NCBI GenBank assembly: GCA_033762915.1
Contig: JANRLD010000115.1
Location: 32,001 to 96,000, forward strand
Reading direction: 5' to 3'
DNA from: Meiothermus sp.
GTDB lineage: Bacteria; Deinococcota; Deinococci; Deinococcales; Thermaceae
DNA length: 64,000 bases
Each line of letters starts with the position of its first letter. The first letter of the stretch is position 1. A program made the position numbers and the translations under genes. The notes under the pieces were generated by a model that saw nothing but the letters and a program-made list of their open reading frames with translations, was not told the DNA's origin and searched no databases. Below are positions 41,564 through 51,120 of the stretch, piece by piece.

Positions 41564-41899
41564 TCACTTCGGCTTCTCGCAAAAGACCGCCTTGAGGGTC
41601 TCGTTGGGAAGGCGCCAGACTTCCTCGAGCTTCCGCCGGTCGCAGGCCTTGTACTCCTCGCGCCAGAGCGGCCGGAACACCACGTGCGAAGGGCTCTCGA
41701 GCAGGACCCCGACTTCGAAGGTCCGGTCGGTCCCGATGCCCTCCTGGGGGTTGCAGAAGTCCAGGAGCTGCCTGGGGCCCTCGGTGATGTAGAGAAAGGC
41801 CTAGATGGTGTAGATAAACTTGCCCAGCACGTACGCGATGCCGGAGACCAGGACGCCCAGGGCTAGGGGGTTGGGCACCAGGGAGAAGAGCGGGTTCAT
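41564..41899 (-). pseudogene. Small membrane-anchored protein interrupted by an in-frame TAG
   Basis: MNPLF...FIYTI*AFLYITEGPRQ...CEKPK*; the frame stays open with GC-ending codons after the TAG at 41801-41803. Confidence 0.55.
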
Positions 41900-42050
41900 G
41901 GCAGCTACAGTCCAATTTGCCTCGAGCCCACATCGACCAGGACGCCCAGGCCAGGGTTCAGGGCACCGGGCTCGAGCGCCGCCACGGTTGTTTAGTAAAC
42001 GAGGGCGGATGTCCTCAAGCAAACCTCGGGTGGATCAATAGAATACGGAT

Positions 42051-44696
42051 GTGCCCTATCAGGTCCCCAAAAGCCGCCTGCTCCCGCCGCGTACCGCGCG
42101 GGAGGTGGAACGCAAGCGGCCGCTCGAGGTGCTGCGCCAGGGGTTCGCCACCAGCCCGGTGCTGGTGCTGGCGGCGGGGGCGGGATACGGCAAATCCACG
42201 CTGCTCTCGGGCCTGCCAGGGGTCTGGCTGACCCTGGGCGAGGACTGCTCCGACCCGGTGGTGCTGGGCTGGCACCTGCTCGAGGCCTACGCCCCGCGCC
42301 TGGGCGAACGCCTGGGGCCCGCCCGGGCGGCCCTCGAGCGCGGCGCCTGGGCGGCTGCAGGCGAAGCGCTACTCGAGGCGCTCTCGGGCACCTCCGCCCA
42401 CCTGCTGGTGCTCGACGAGGCCCAGCGGGCCGCCAGCCGCGAGGCGGTTGGGCTGTTGCGGACGCTGAGCCAGGTGCCCAAACTGAGCGTGGCGGTGCTC
42501 TCGAGGCGGGCCGCGCCCTGGGAGGTGCTGGGGCGGGTGCTGGGCGAGGGCGAGCTGGCCTTCGACGCGGGCGAGGCGCTGCAGCTGGCCCAGGCGGTCG
42601 CGCCCGAACTGGCGGCCTTCGAGGTCGAGCAGGCCCACAGCCTGGTGCGGGGCTGGCCGCTGGGGCTGCGGCTGCTGCTGCGGGCCATGCGGCGCGGGGC
42701 CAAGCCCGAGGAGGCCTTCTACGCCCACCCCGATCCGGCCGGGCTGCTGGCCTATCTGGTCCCGAGCCTGCCCGAGGCGGTACTCCAGGCGGCGGCCAGG
42801 GCCAGCGTGCTGGGCGAGCTGGGGCCGGAAGAGTCCGAGTGGCTGGGGGGCGTGGAGGCGGAGTTGCTCTCCGCCCACGCCGCCGACCTGTTGCTGGAGA
42901 AGGTGGGCGGGCGGATCCGCTTCCACCCGCTGGTGCGCCAAGCCCTGATGAGCCTGCTCGAGCCCTCCGAGGTGCGCCAGCTCTTGTCCAGGGCCGCCGA
43001 TGCGGCGCTGGGGCGCGGCGAGGAGGTGCGCGCGGCGGGTTACCTGCTTGAGGCCGGGCGGCTGGGGCACGCGGCGGATTTGGTGCTGGGGCGCAGCGCA
43101 GCCTGGCTCGAGCAGGGCCTAACCTACACCGTGCTGGCGATGCTCGAGCGGCTGCCCGAGGCCATGCTCAGTGCCCGGCCTGGGCTGGTCTACTTGCAGG
43201 CCGAGGGGCTGCGGCAGGCCGGGCGCTACGCCGAAGCCGAGCGGGTCTATCGGCGGGCGCTCGAGGCCGGGCAGGAGCAGGCGCTGCTGGGGCTCTCGCG
43301 GCTGTTCCTCGATACCGTGGAGCCCGCCAAGGCCCAGGGCTATCTCGAGCTGGCCAAGGCCCGCTTCCCCGAGGAGGCGCGACAGCTCTGGGCGGAAAAC
43401 CTGCTCAACGCAGGTCAGGCCCTCGAGGCAGCAGCGCTGGGCTTGGGGGGGCCACGGGTCTGGCTGCGGAGCGGGCAGCCCGAACAGGCCTTGGAGGCGC
43501 TACGCCAGGCCGAAACCTCCAGCCTGGGACGGGCCCCGCAGAACCACCGCGAGGGGACGCTGCTGCGTTCGCTGCTCGAGGCGGTCGCGGGGGACGCACA
43601 GGCCGCCGAGCAGGCCGCGATCCGGGGCCGGCGCGAGGGCGAGACGCTGGGGAGCCCCTTCGTGGTGGCGCTGGCGGAGTCGCGGCTGGGTCACGCGCTG
43701 CTGGCCCGCAACCGCTGGGTCGAGGCAGGGGCGGCTTACACGCGGGCGCTGGCGCTGGCCGAGGGCGGCCCGTCCCGGCTGCGGCAGGAGGCGCTGGGGG
43801 GGCTGGCCGCGCTGGGCGACGCCAAGGCCTACGCCGAAATGGTGCGGGTCTCGAGAGAGGCCGGCGACGCCTGGGTGGAGGCCTTCATGACCCTGGTGGT
43901 GGCGACAACCCACCTTCGGCGCGGTCAAGGCTTCGCCCTGCCTCCGCTGGTGGTCGCCGACCAGTTCCTCGAGGCCTTGGCCCGGGACTACCCAGCGGGC
44001 AGTCGTGCGCTGCTGCAAAACTACCCCTTTCTGCAAAACCCCACCCTTTTTGCCTGGCCGGTCCAGCGCACCCGCAGGCTGCTGTGGGAGGCCGGAGCGC
44101 TGGACCTGCCCTTTCACCCTGGGGTTAGGGTGGAGCTCGAGGCCGTAGGCGGGTTGCGGCTGCGCGTGGACGGACAAGAGGTCAGGTTCAAGCGCGAGAA
44201 AACCCGGCTGTTGCTGGCGCTGTTAATCGCTCGAGACTGGAGCAAGGACGGCTTGATTGAGGCCTTGGGGGTCTCGGACGGCGAGTTCCGGGTGCTGTGG
44301 TCGGAACTGCTGAACGCCCTCGAGCCGGGCCGCCCCGGCCGGGCGGCGGGGTACTTCCTCAAGCCATACAAGCTAGTCGAGGTGCCAGAGCTGTGGCTGG
44401 ATGTGCTCGAGGACGACAGCCTGGATGCCCCCCTGCCGGGCCTGGATCACCCCGACCTCGAGGCGTTCCGGGAGGCACACCAAGCCCGAAAACGCGGGCG
44501 CTGGCTCGAGCAGGATCGACCGGAGCTGTGGCTGAAGGCCCTGCGGCTCGAGCCGACCGACGAGGCGGTTCTGCAGCGCTTGCTGGAAACCCCGCTGGCC
44601 GCCGAGGCCTGGGGGGTTTACGTCGCCGGGATGCAGCAACTGGACTTGCCGTTGAATCCCAGCCTGAGGGGGCGGCCGGGGGTCGGGGCGTCTTGA
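42051..44696 (+). CDS. Large ATP-binding regulator (MalT-like NTPase, TPR-like repeats, SARP-like C-terminal region)
   Basis: SRL.PP, AGAGYGKS, LVLDE, GWPLGL, RFHPL; C-terminal LRLRVDG...K...LLALL. Confidence 0.75.
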   Translation: MPYQVPKSRLLPPRTAREVERKRPLEVLRQGFATSPVLVLAAGAGYGKSTLLSGLPGVWLTLGEDCSDPVVLGWHLLEAYAPRLGERLGPARAALERGAWAAAGEALLEALSGTSAHLLVLDEAQRAASREAVGLLRTLSQVPKLSVAVLSRRAAPWEVLGRVLGEGELAFDAGEALQLAQAVAPELAAFEVEQAHSLVRGWPLGLRLLLRAMRRGAKPEEAFYAHPDPAGLLAYLVPSLPEAVLQAAARASVLGELGPEESEWLGGVEAELLSAHAADLLLEKVGGRIRFHPLVRQALMSLLEPSEVRQLLSRAADAALGRGEEVRAAGYLLEAGRLGHAADLVLGRSAAWLEQGLTYTVLAMLERLPEAMLSARPGLVYLQAEGLRQAGRYAEAERVYRRALEAGQEQALLGLSRLFLDTVEPAKAQGYLELAKARFPEEARQLWAENLLNAGQALEAAALGLGGPRVWLRSGQPEQALEALRQAETSSLGRAPQNHREGTLLRSLLEAVAGDAQAAEQAAIRGRREGETLGSPFVVALAESRLGHALLARNRWVEAGAAYTRALALAEGGPSRLRQEALGGLAALGDAKAYAEMVRVSREAGDAWVEAFMTLVVATTHLRRGQGFALPPLVVADQFLEALARDYPAGSRALLQNYPFLQNPTLFAWPVQRTRRLLWEAGALDLPFHPGVRVELEAVGGLRLRVDGQEVRFKREKTRLLLALLIARDWSKDGLIEALGVSDGEFRVLWSELLNALEPGRPGRAAGYFLKPYKLVEVPELWLDVLEDDSLDAPLPGLDHPDLEAFREAHQARKRGRWLEQDRPELWLKALRLEPTDEAVLQRLLETPLAAEAWGVYVAGMQQLDLPLNPSLRGRPGVGAS

Positions 44697-44785
44697 GTTG
44701 GCGGCCGGAGCAGCCGACCCTCGAGACACCGCCTTAGCGCCCGCCCTAATTCCGCTCGCGGCGCTCCGGTACACTACTGCTGCTT

Positions 44786-45196
44786 ATGATGGCCGATATT
44801 CAGAGTTTGGTTGAAGACGCGCCCAAGGCCCAGCGGCTGCGGGGGCTGGCGTGGCTGTTTCTGGGAATGGGGGCGGTTCACCTGCTCAACACCGGGCTGT
44901 TCTCCCTAGCGGTTCCCCGGATCCAGGGGTTCTGGCCCTGGGACCTGCTGGTGTTGCTTGGGTTGGGGCTCGGCGGCCTAGCCTGGATCGAGAGCAGCAA
45001 GGCCCGGTCTCTGCGCCAAGGCCAAAAGACCGCCATCTTGCAGGCGGCCTTCAGCGACAGCTTCGCGGTGCTGCTGTTCGGGGTGCTAGCCCTGTTTGCC
45101 TTGCGGCTGGGCCTTGTGGGCTGGGGCCTCGGGCTTGGGGTTTTCGGGCTGGCCTGGCTTGGGGTGGCGTTTGCGCGGCTGGCGGCTCGGCTGTAA
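44786..45196 (+). CDS. Small multi-pass membrane protein
   Basis: About four hydrophobic helices. Confidence 0.65.
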   Translation: MMADIQSLVEDAPKAQRLRGLAWLFLGMGAVHLLNTGLFSLAVPRIQGFWPWDLLVLLGLGLGGLAWIESSKARSLRQGQKTAILQAAFSDSFAVLLFGVLALFALRLGLVGWGLGLGVFGLAWLGVAFARLAARL

Positions 45197-46039
45197 GAAC
45201 CGAGACCACCAAGGCTCGAGGCTCCCCGGTTTATCCAGGAGCCGCTCAATGGCGGGCAGCGCAGCCTCGGCCCGCTTGCGCCCCATCTCGTAGGCCTGCT
45301 CGGCCTTGGCGTGGTCGAAGGTGTCTATGGGTGGGTCGAAGGCCATCGAGAGGGTCAGGTCGGCCTGGGCCAGCGCCAGGGCCAGCAGGCGGCGTCGGCT
45401 GGCCTCGCCGGCCTGCATGGCGGCCTCGAAGGCCGACTTGGGGTCTGAGGGCACCAGGGCGTTGGAGATGTCGACCGCCACCACCGGCCCCAGCCCCAGT
45501 GAGCGGGCGGCCGTGACCGGGACCTTCTCGGCGACGTCGCCATCGACCAGGGTGCGCCCGTGCCACTGCACCGGGGGGAAGACGCTGGGCACGGCGCTGC
45601 TGGCGGCCAGCGCCTCGGCCACCGGTCCGGCCCGCAACAGTACCAGCTCGCCGGTGTTGAAGTCGGTGGCCTGGATGATCAGGGGAACCGGGGCGTCCTC
45701 GATGCGCTGAGCGCCGAAGACCTCGCGGTAGCCCTGGCGGATCTTGGCGCCCTCGGCCAGGTAGGGCCTGCGCACGAACTCCACCATGCGGATGACCTGG
45801 TTGAGGGTGTTGTTCTTGAGGAGGCGGTCGATTTCGGGGTCTTTTAGCCACTCGTTCACGTCGGTGTGGCGCACGTGCAGCCCGACGGCAAACCCCGCCG
45901 CCGCCAGCGCCCCCGCCGAGCTGCCGGCCAACCCGGCCACCGGAACCTGGCGCTCGCGCAACACGTCCAGGACTGCGGTGTGGGCCCCACCGCGCACGCC
46001 CCCGCCGCCCAATGCCAGTACAATTCCGCTCACACTCAC
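45086..46039 (-). CDS. Patatin-like phospholipase/esterase
   Basis: LALGGGGVRG, GSSAG, AS.AVP.VFPP, DGD variant of DGG; start position approximate. Confidence 0.88.
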   Translation of the reverse strand: MSVSGIVLALGGGGVRGGAHTAVLDVLRERQVPVAGLAGSSAGALAAAGFAVGLHVRHTDVNEWLKDPEIDRLLKNNTLNQVIRMVEFVRRPYLAEGAKIRQGYREVFGAQRIEDAPVPLIIQATDFNTGELVLLRAGPVAEALAASSAVPSVFPPVQWHGRTLVDGDVAEKVPVTAARSLGLGPVVAVDISNALVPSDPKSAFEAAMQAGEASRRRLLALALAQADLTLSMAFDPPIDTFDHAKAEQAYEMGRKRAEAALPAIERLLDKPGSLEPWWSRFLQPSRQPRKRHPKPGQPENPKPEAPAHKAQPQGKQG

Positions 46040-46203
46040 CCCCGCTGTTCTCAGGGTAACAGGATTTCTGAGAAAGGGGGTGAGCAAACCCCCTATGCGT
46101 TAACACCCTTTGGAAGCTCCGATACGCCCCGCTGAAAATTGGGTATTATGGGGTTAGACCATACCCGGGGACTGCCGTCAGGCCCCCCTCGAGGAGGAAA
46201 TAC

Positions 46204-46416
46204 GTGATCTGGGCTTTACTCTTCACCGTTGGCGCGATTGTGGTTACCTGGCTGTTGTATGTGGCCCTCAGGCCAGCCAATATGGAGCGCGGCGGCGAAG
46301 GCGACGACCTCCGCTTCATCGGCTTCGCACTGGTGCTGATCATCTTGTCGGCGATCACCATCGCCTCGATGCTGATCCTGGGTAAGAGCGACGTGGTGCA
46401 GCAGATCCGCTTCTAA
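46204..46416 (+). CDS. Small two-TM membrane protein
   Basis: RBS GAGGAGG; two hydrophobic segments. Confidence 0.65.
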   Translation: MIWALLFTVGAIVVTWLLYVALRPANMERGGEGDDLRFIGFALVLIILSAITIASMLILGKSDVVQQIRF

Positions 46417-46550
46417 TGTTTGAGCACATCCTTAACTAAAGGTAAGTGCACGTTCCGGTCTGTAACCCCAAGCGTTAAGTGCTTGGGGTTTTTCTACAGG
46501 GGGCATTTTCAGTTTTGTGATTTAGACTCATAAATGTTGAAAGGAGAAGT

Positions 46551-48026
46551 ATGCTGAGAACCATGCTCATTCCCTTCGTGTGTACCTTGGCGTTCATCGT
46601 CTCGTCATGCGGCCCGACCGGCACAACCACCCCTACCGGCACAATCACCATCACGGTCGCGGTGGACAAGACCGCCAACACGACGGCAGCCGACCCCAGC
46701 ATCAACGTGACCCTCACGAACAGCAGCAGCACCACGGTCGGCACCGCCATCACCGCCGTCGGACCTGCCGCGGCCCAGACCTTCCCCGAGGGAACCTACA
46801 CCGTCGTAGCCCCGGCCCCCAACGGGTACACGGTCAACATAACCCCCAGCGCCAACATCGTGGTTGCTGCGGCCACCCCCGCCAGCGTGACCGTGACCTA
46901 CGTGGCGCAGGCCCCCGTGACGGGCGGCGCGGTTAACCCCGCAAAGACCTTCACGAGCCCGCTAGGGATTGGCAGCTTGGCCTTCATGCCTGCCGGCACG
47001 GGTGGCGCGGGGCGTCTGTACGCCAGCGGCAACGCCAGCATCGCCACCGACATCAGCGGGCGACTCTACCTCGAGCCGTCGGACATCAGTGGGGCCGGCA
47101 GCGCTCCGGTAGCCGTTCCAAGCTTCCAGGTCGTCCAAGGCACCGTCGCCGACCCGACCCCTCTGGTAGAGATTGCCTTTAACGCCAGCGGGGTGTTCTA
47201 TCAGCTCCGCCGCGACGCCCGCGCCGACTTCCAAACCCCCATCAGCCGTTACCCCCGCACCACTGCCGTGTCGAATAACTTCGCCGACGAGCAGTTCGTC
47301 ATCACCAACGGCTTCTTCAACCCCACGCCCTCGACCTCCGACCGCTCGCTAACCGCCCCGACCGATATGGCGGTAGACGCCAGCGGCAACCTCTGGGTCG
47401 TAGACCCGACCGGTAACGCCCGGAGTTGGCGCGGCGACGTGAGCGGAACGCCGGCGGGTCGCCTGGTCTGCTACTCCGCCGCCGACCAGTCCGCCGCCTC
47501 CACCACCCGCCCGACCGCACCGGGTACCGTCGGCACCCCCGGCGTGATCTACCACGACGGCCCGGCGGCGGGTGCCCGCACCATCGTCATCGAGCCGGGC
47601 GCTGGCGGGGCCATCTGGATCGGCAGCGGCACCGGGGCCAATGCACGCCTACACCGCGTCACCAGCCTGGCCTGCCCCAACCTCCCGACCAGCCAGGATC
47701 CCCAGGTGGTTGACCTGGCCCCGACCCCCCCCGCCACCCTGCCGGCTGGCGTCACCATCCGCACCCTCTCTGGGGCAAGCCTGGTCGGCCCGGTTGATCT
47801 GGCCGTCTCGGGGTCGAACCTGCTGGTGGCCCAGTCCAACGCCAGCACCAACAACATCCTGTCGGTGGCCCTAAGCGCGACCAGCCTCCCGACCACCAAC
47901 CCCACCACCCTGAACGGCCTATCCGGCAACATCACCAGCCTCGCGGTGGACTCCGGTGGCAAGATATGGGTCGGATCCTCGGGGGCCGCTGCCCCCAATC
48001 CAGGCCGCATCTACCAACTGCCCTGA
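46551..48026 (+). CDS. Lipoprotein 1 of array: one Ig-like domain plus beta-propeller
   Basis: IVSSC lipobox; GTYTV; DMAVDASGNLWV and LAVDSGG.IWV blades. Confidence 0.8.
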   Translation: MLRTMLIPFVCTLAFIVSSCGPTGTTTPTGTITITVAVDKTANTTAADPSINVTLTNSSSTTVGTAITAVGPAAAQTFPEGTYTVVAPAPNGYTVNITPSANIVVAAATPASVTVTYVAQAPVTGGAVNPAKTFTSPLGIGSLAFMPAGTGGAGRLYASGNASIATDISGRLYLEPSDISGAGSAPVAVPSFQVVQGTVADPTPLVEIAFNASGVFYQLRRDARADFQTPISRYPRTTAVSNNFADEQFVITNGFFNPTPSTSDRSLTAPTDMAVDASGNLWVVDPTGNARSWRGDVSGTPAGRLVCYSAADQSAASTTRPTAPGTVGTPGVIYHDGPAAGARTIVIEPGAGGAIWIGSGTGANARLHRVTSLACPNLPTSQDPQVVDLAPTPPATLPAGVTIRTLSGASLVGPVDLAVSGSNLLVAQSNASTNNILSVALSATSLPTTNPTTLNGLSGNITSLAVDSGGKIWVGSSGAAAPNPGRIYQLP

Positions 48027-48047
48027 GCCCAAAGCCACAACGCCCCA

Positions 48048-48071
48048 CCCCCCGCCTCGAGGCGGGGGTTT
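48048..48071 (+). terminator. Hairpin terminator after lipoprotein 1
   Basis: CCCCCGCCTCGAGGCGGGGG followed by TTT. Confidence 0.5.
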
Positions 48072-48110
48072 CCTATAGCCCAGGCGGGAGTCCACTGGAT
48101 GGCTGATAGG

Positions 48111-48190
48111 GGTTCCCACCCATACCCCGCACGCCGAGATTCGGATGTGCGGGGTACATTACGCCTCAGGCGGTGAGGCGTTGGTAGGAG
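48111..48190 (-). repeat. Three-stem palindromic repeat, copy C
   Basis: GGTTCCCAC..TACCCCGCAC..GTGCGGGGTA-CATTACGCCTCA..TGAGGCGT; reversed relative to A and B. Confidence 0.7.
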
Positions 48191-48430
48191 TAGCTGTATG
48201 TGCTACCCAAATGCTCGAGTTCAGGCCCTTCCGGGGTTGCGTCCGCAAGCCGTTGCCATCGCGACCCTTATTCTCCGAGCCGGAACTCCGCAGTTACAGC
48301 GGCTGTTACTCATAGACTTTCCTCTAATGGCCCTCCGCAGACGTAGTCACGCAGTTCCTCAAACACCATCAGGTACAATTAATGTGCAAGTAACGCCCCG
48401 ATTATGCCGATGCTCTTAAACTGACGTCAG

Positions 48431-50965
48431 ATGCTACGCGAGAGAAATTTTGCCTGGTTGGTCAGCCTGGTTGCCGTCCTGGCGGCCTGTGCCGCCCCAC
48501 CCGCCACGGGCCGCCTCGAGGTCACGCTCGAGGGGGTGGACGGGCTGAGCGGAGCCGAGTGGCCAGGGTACAAGCTGACCGGCCCCAACTATGTCCGCAC
48601 CTTCCAGAACAGCGCCAGCCTGCCGGGCCGTGAGCCGGGCACCTACAGCCTCGAGGCCCCGCCGTTCGAGGCCCGGGGCAACCGCTACGCCGCCCAGGTC
48701 CGGTTTGGCACTGCGCTGGCCAGCAGCGGGGTGTTGGACCCCAACCAGACCCTCTCGGTCAGGGTGGCGTATACCTCGACCCCCGTCGTGGTAGCCCCCA
48801 CCACCGGAACCCTTAGCCTCGCCATCAGCGGGCCGGGCCTCGAGGGCTTCGCCCCGAACGTGAGCGTCACGGGGCCCGACGGCTTCAGCCAGAGCATCAC
48901 CGCCAGCGGAGCGACCGCCCTGACCGGACTGACGCCGGGCAACTACCAGGTGGCGGCCAGTCCGGTTGTTGTCCTGGGGGTCAGTCTCGCACCGCCCTCG
49001 AGCCAGGTCAGCCAGCGCGTGAGCGTGTCGGCGGGCCAGGCGGCGCAGGCAGCGGTGGCCTACGCGGCCACCAACTCCAGCGTGAGCGTCACCCTGAGCG
49101 GCCTCGAGGCGGGCGACCAGGCTACCGTCACCCTGCGCGGGGCAGCGGGCGCGGCGATTACCCCCCAGTCCCGCGTGGGCAACGGTCCGGTGCGCTTCGC
49201 CGGGGTCCCGTTCGACAGCTATACCGTGGTGGCGACGGCCATACGTCCAGGCAGCCTGATTGGCCTCGGCTCGAGCGAGGCCAGCGTAACCACCTCGCTA
49301 CAGCAACCTTTGCCCTCGAGCATCGCGCTAGCCCTCAGGGAACAGACCGGAGGCCAGATGTACGCCATCGGCAACGGATCGCTACGCGGTGGCAACGGGG
49401 TCTACAGCCTGGGCTTTTCTGAGATCCGCGAGAACGCTACCCTGACCCGGCTGCTGGTGGGCGACGCAGTGGGGCTGACCGACTTGGCCCAGAGCTGTTT
49501 CGACACGGTAAGCCGCAGCCCCTTTCGGGCGGTCTTCGACCCCGCGGGCAACCTCTACCTGTCCTACCAAGGGTACTCGGTGGGCGTAGGCAGCCTGACC
49601 GGCTGCACCCGCCTCTCCTACCCCGGACAGACCGCCGTGAGGGGCTACTATGTCCAGCCCTTCATCCTAAAGGTCTCGCCGGACAACCTGCGGCAGGGGC
49701 GCTTCTTCGAGATCACCCGCGAGAACCGCCCGGCGGACGAGGTTTCCGGCAGCCCCTACGTCGTCGAGGTAGCAACCCCCGTGCCCGGCAACAAGGTGCT
49801 GCGCAAGAGCGTGGTGCCCACTACCGCGTTCTCGACCCTCGAGGACATTTTCCCCTTCGCCTCGAGTACCCGCGACCGCGAGCCCGGCGTTGAGGCCGCC
49901 GACATGGCCTTCGACGCCCAGGGCAACCTTTGGCTGGTCAACAAGGCCAGCGCCGCGCTGGCCTGCGTCGCCGCGGACCAGCTCGCCGCGCCGGACGAGT
50001 TCCTCAACTACCCCAACCGCACCCTTCGCAACCCCTACGCCGACGCCGACGCCAACCCCGCGACCAAGCCCGCCGGGGTCAGCCCCCTGCTCTACAACGC
50101 CTTCGACTCCCCTAGCGCACTGGCCTTTGACCGCGACGGCAACCTGTGGTTCGCCTCGGATAACTACCAGTTTGGCGACCACAAGCGCTCGAGGCTGAGC
50201 CGTCTGCCGGCCGCCAGCCTGACCTGCCCGACCGGCGCGCGAACCAGCCAGCCCGCCGCCGAGGCCGTCATCCCCGACGTGCGCCTGGATATCAGCCTGT
50301 CCGACCGGGCCAGCCCCTTCTACACCCCCTCTGACCTGGCACTTTCGCCCGATGGCGACAGCCTGTGGGTGTCCGATTCGGGCGGCAACGACGACATCGT
50401 ACTGCCGACCTCCAGCCGGGGCCTGTGCCCCCGCCCCACCCGCACCCTGACCGGGAGCACTACTGAGGTGGTCTGCCCGGCGGGGGCGGATCGGCTCGAG
50501 GAGACCCTGATCCAGGTGCCCATCCGCAACCCCGACGGCAGCCCGCACCCCAACTCCACCCCGAACACCGCCAGCGAGCCGATCAAGGCGGCCGTGGTGG
50601 CCGACCGCATTGCCATCACCTCGTCGGGCAGCGTGGGGACGGGCGCGTTGCAGGAGCCGTACGGTCTGGCCTTTGACGGCCTGGGGAGGCTGTGGGTGGC
50701 CGCCAACAACAACATGAACGTGACCCAGGCCCTCCGCGACGCGGCAGTAGAGTTCGCCCCCTCGATTACCGGCCAATACGCCTACCTCACCCCCAGGTCG
50801 GTGTTTAGCGACGCACTGCGCGACCGTCGGGGCAAGCTCTACGGCCTTACCCTCCCCACCAGCCCCAACCCCAACCCCGCCCAGCCCCGCCCGGTGAGCA
50901 GCCTGATCACCCTCAGCGCCGAGACCAACACGGGTCTGACCAGCGTCGGCTTCCTGAACCCCTAG
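48431..50965 (+). CDS. Lipoprotein 2 of array: Ig-like repeats plus beta-propeller
   Basis: VLAAC lipobox; PGTYSL and PGNYQV; repeated AFD..GNLW. Confidence 0.85.
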   Translation: MLRERNFAWLVSLVAVLAACAAPPATGRLEVTLEGVDGLSGAEWPGYKLTGPNYVRTFQNSASLPGREPGTYSLEAPPFEARGNRYAAQVRFGTALASSGVLDPNQTLSVRVAYTSTPVVVAPTTGTLSLAISGPGLEGFAPNVSVTGPDGFSQSITASGATALTGLTPGNYQVAASPVVVLGVSLAPPSSQVSQRVSVSAGQAAQAAVAYAATNSSVSVTLSGLEAGDQATVTLRGAAGAAITPQSRVGNGPVRFAGVPFDSYTVVATAIRPGSLIGLGSSEASVTTSLQQPLPSSIALALREQTGGQMYAIGNGSLRGGNGVYSLGFSEIRENATLTRLLVGDAVGLTDLAQSCFDTVSRSPFRAVFDPAGNLYLSYQGYSVGVGSLTGCTRLSYPGQTAVRGYYVQPFILKVSPDNLRQGRFFEITRENRPADEVSGSPYVVEVATPVPGNKVLRKSVVPTTAFSTLEDIFPFASSTRDREPGVEAADMAFDAQGNLWLVNKASAALACVAADQLAAPDEFLNYPNRTLRNPYADADANPATKPAGVSPLLYNAFDSPSALAFDRDGNLWFASDNYQFGDHKRSRLSRLPAASLTCPTGARTSQPAAEAVIPDVRLDISLSDRASPFYTPSDLALSPDGDSLWVSDSGGNDDIVLPTSSRGLCPRPTRTLTGSTTEVVCPAGADRLEETLIQVPIRNPDGSPHPNSTPNTASEPIKAAVVADRIAITSSGSVGTGALQEPYGLAFDGLGRLWVAANNNMNVTQALRDAAVEFAPSITGQYAYLTPRSVFSDALRDRRGKLYGLTLPTSPNPNPAQPRPVSSLITLSAETNTGLTSVGFLNP

Positions 50966-51120
50966 GCGTTACGTATAACGTTACCTGGGCATTCTCCCTC
51001 GGCCCCCCTGGCATTACGCCCGTTAAAGCCGCTCGAGAATGCCCAAATGACCCGGCCAAAAACGCCCATAACGGGTAAATTACGCGCTGGGGTTTACCCT
51101 AGAAAGGCCATGGAGGATCT

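Noticed and set aside
41801..41803. Pyrrolysine or programmed read-through at the in-frame TAG
   Set aside because: No pyl genes or other support; a simple nonsense mutation is more parsimonious
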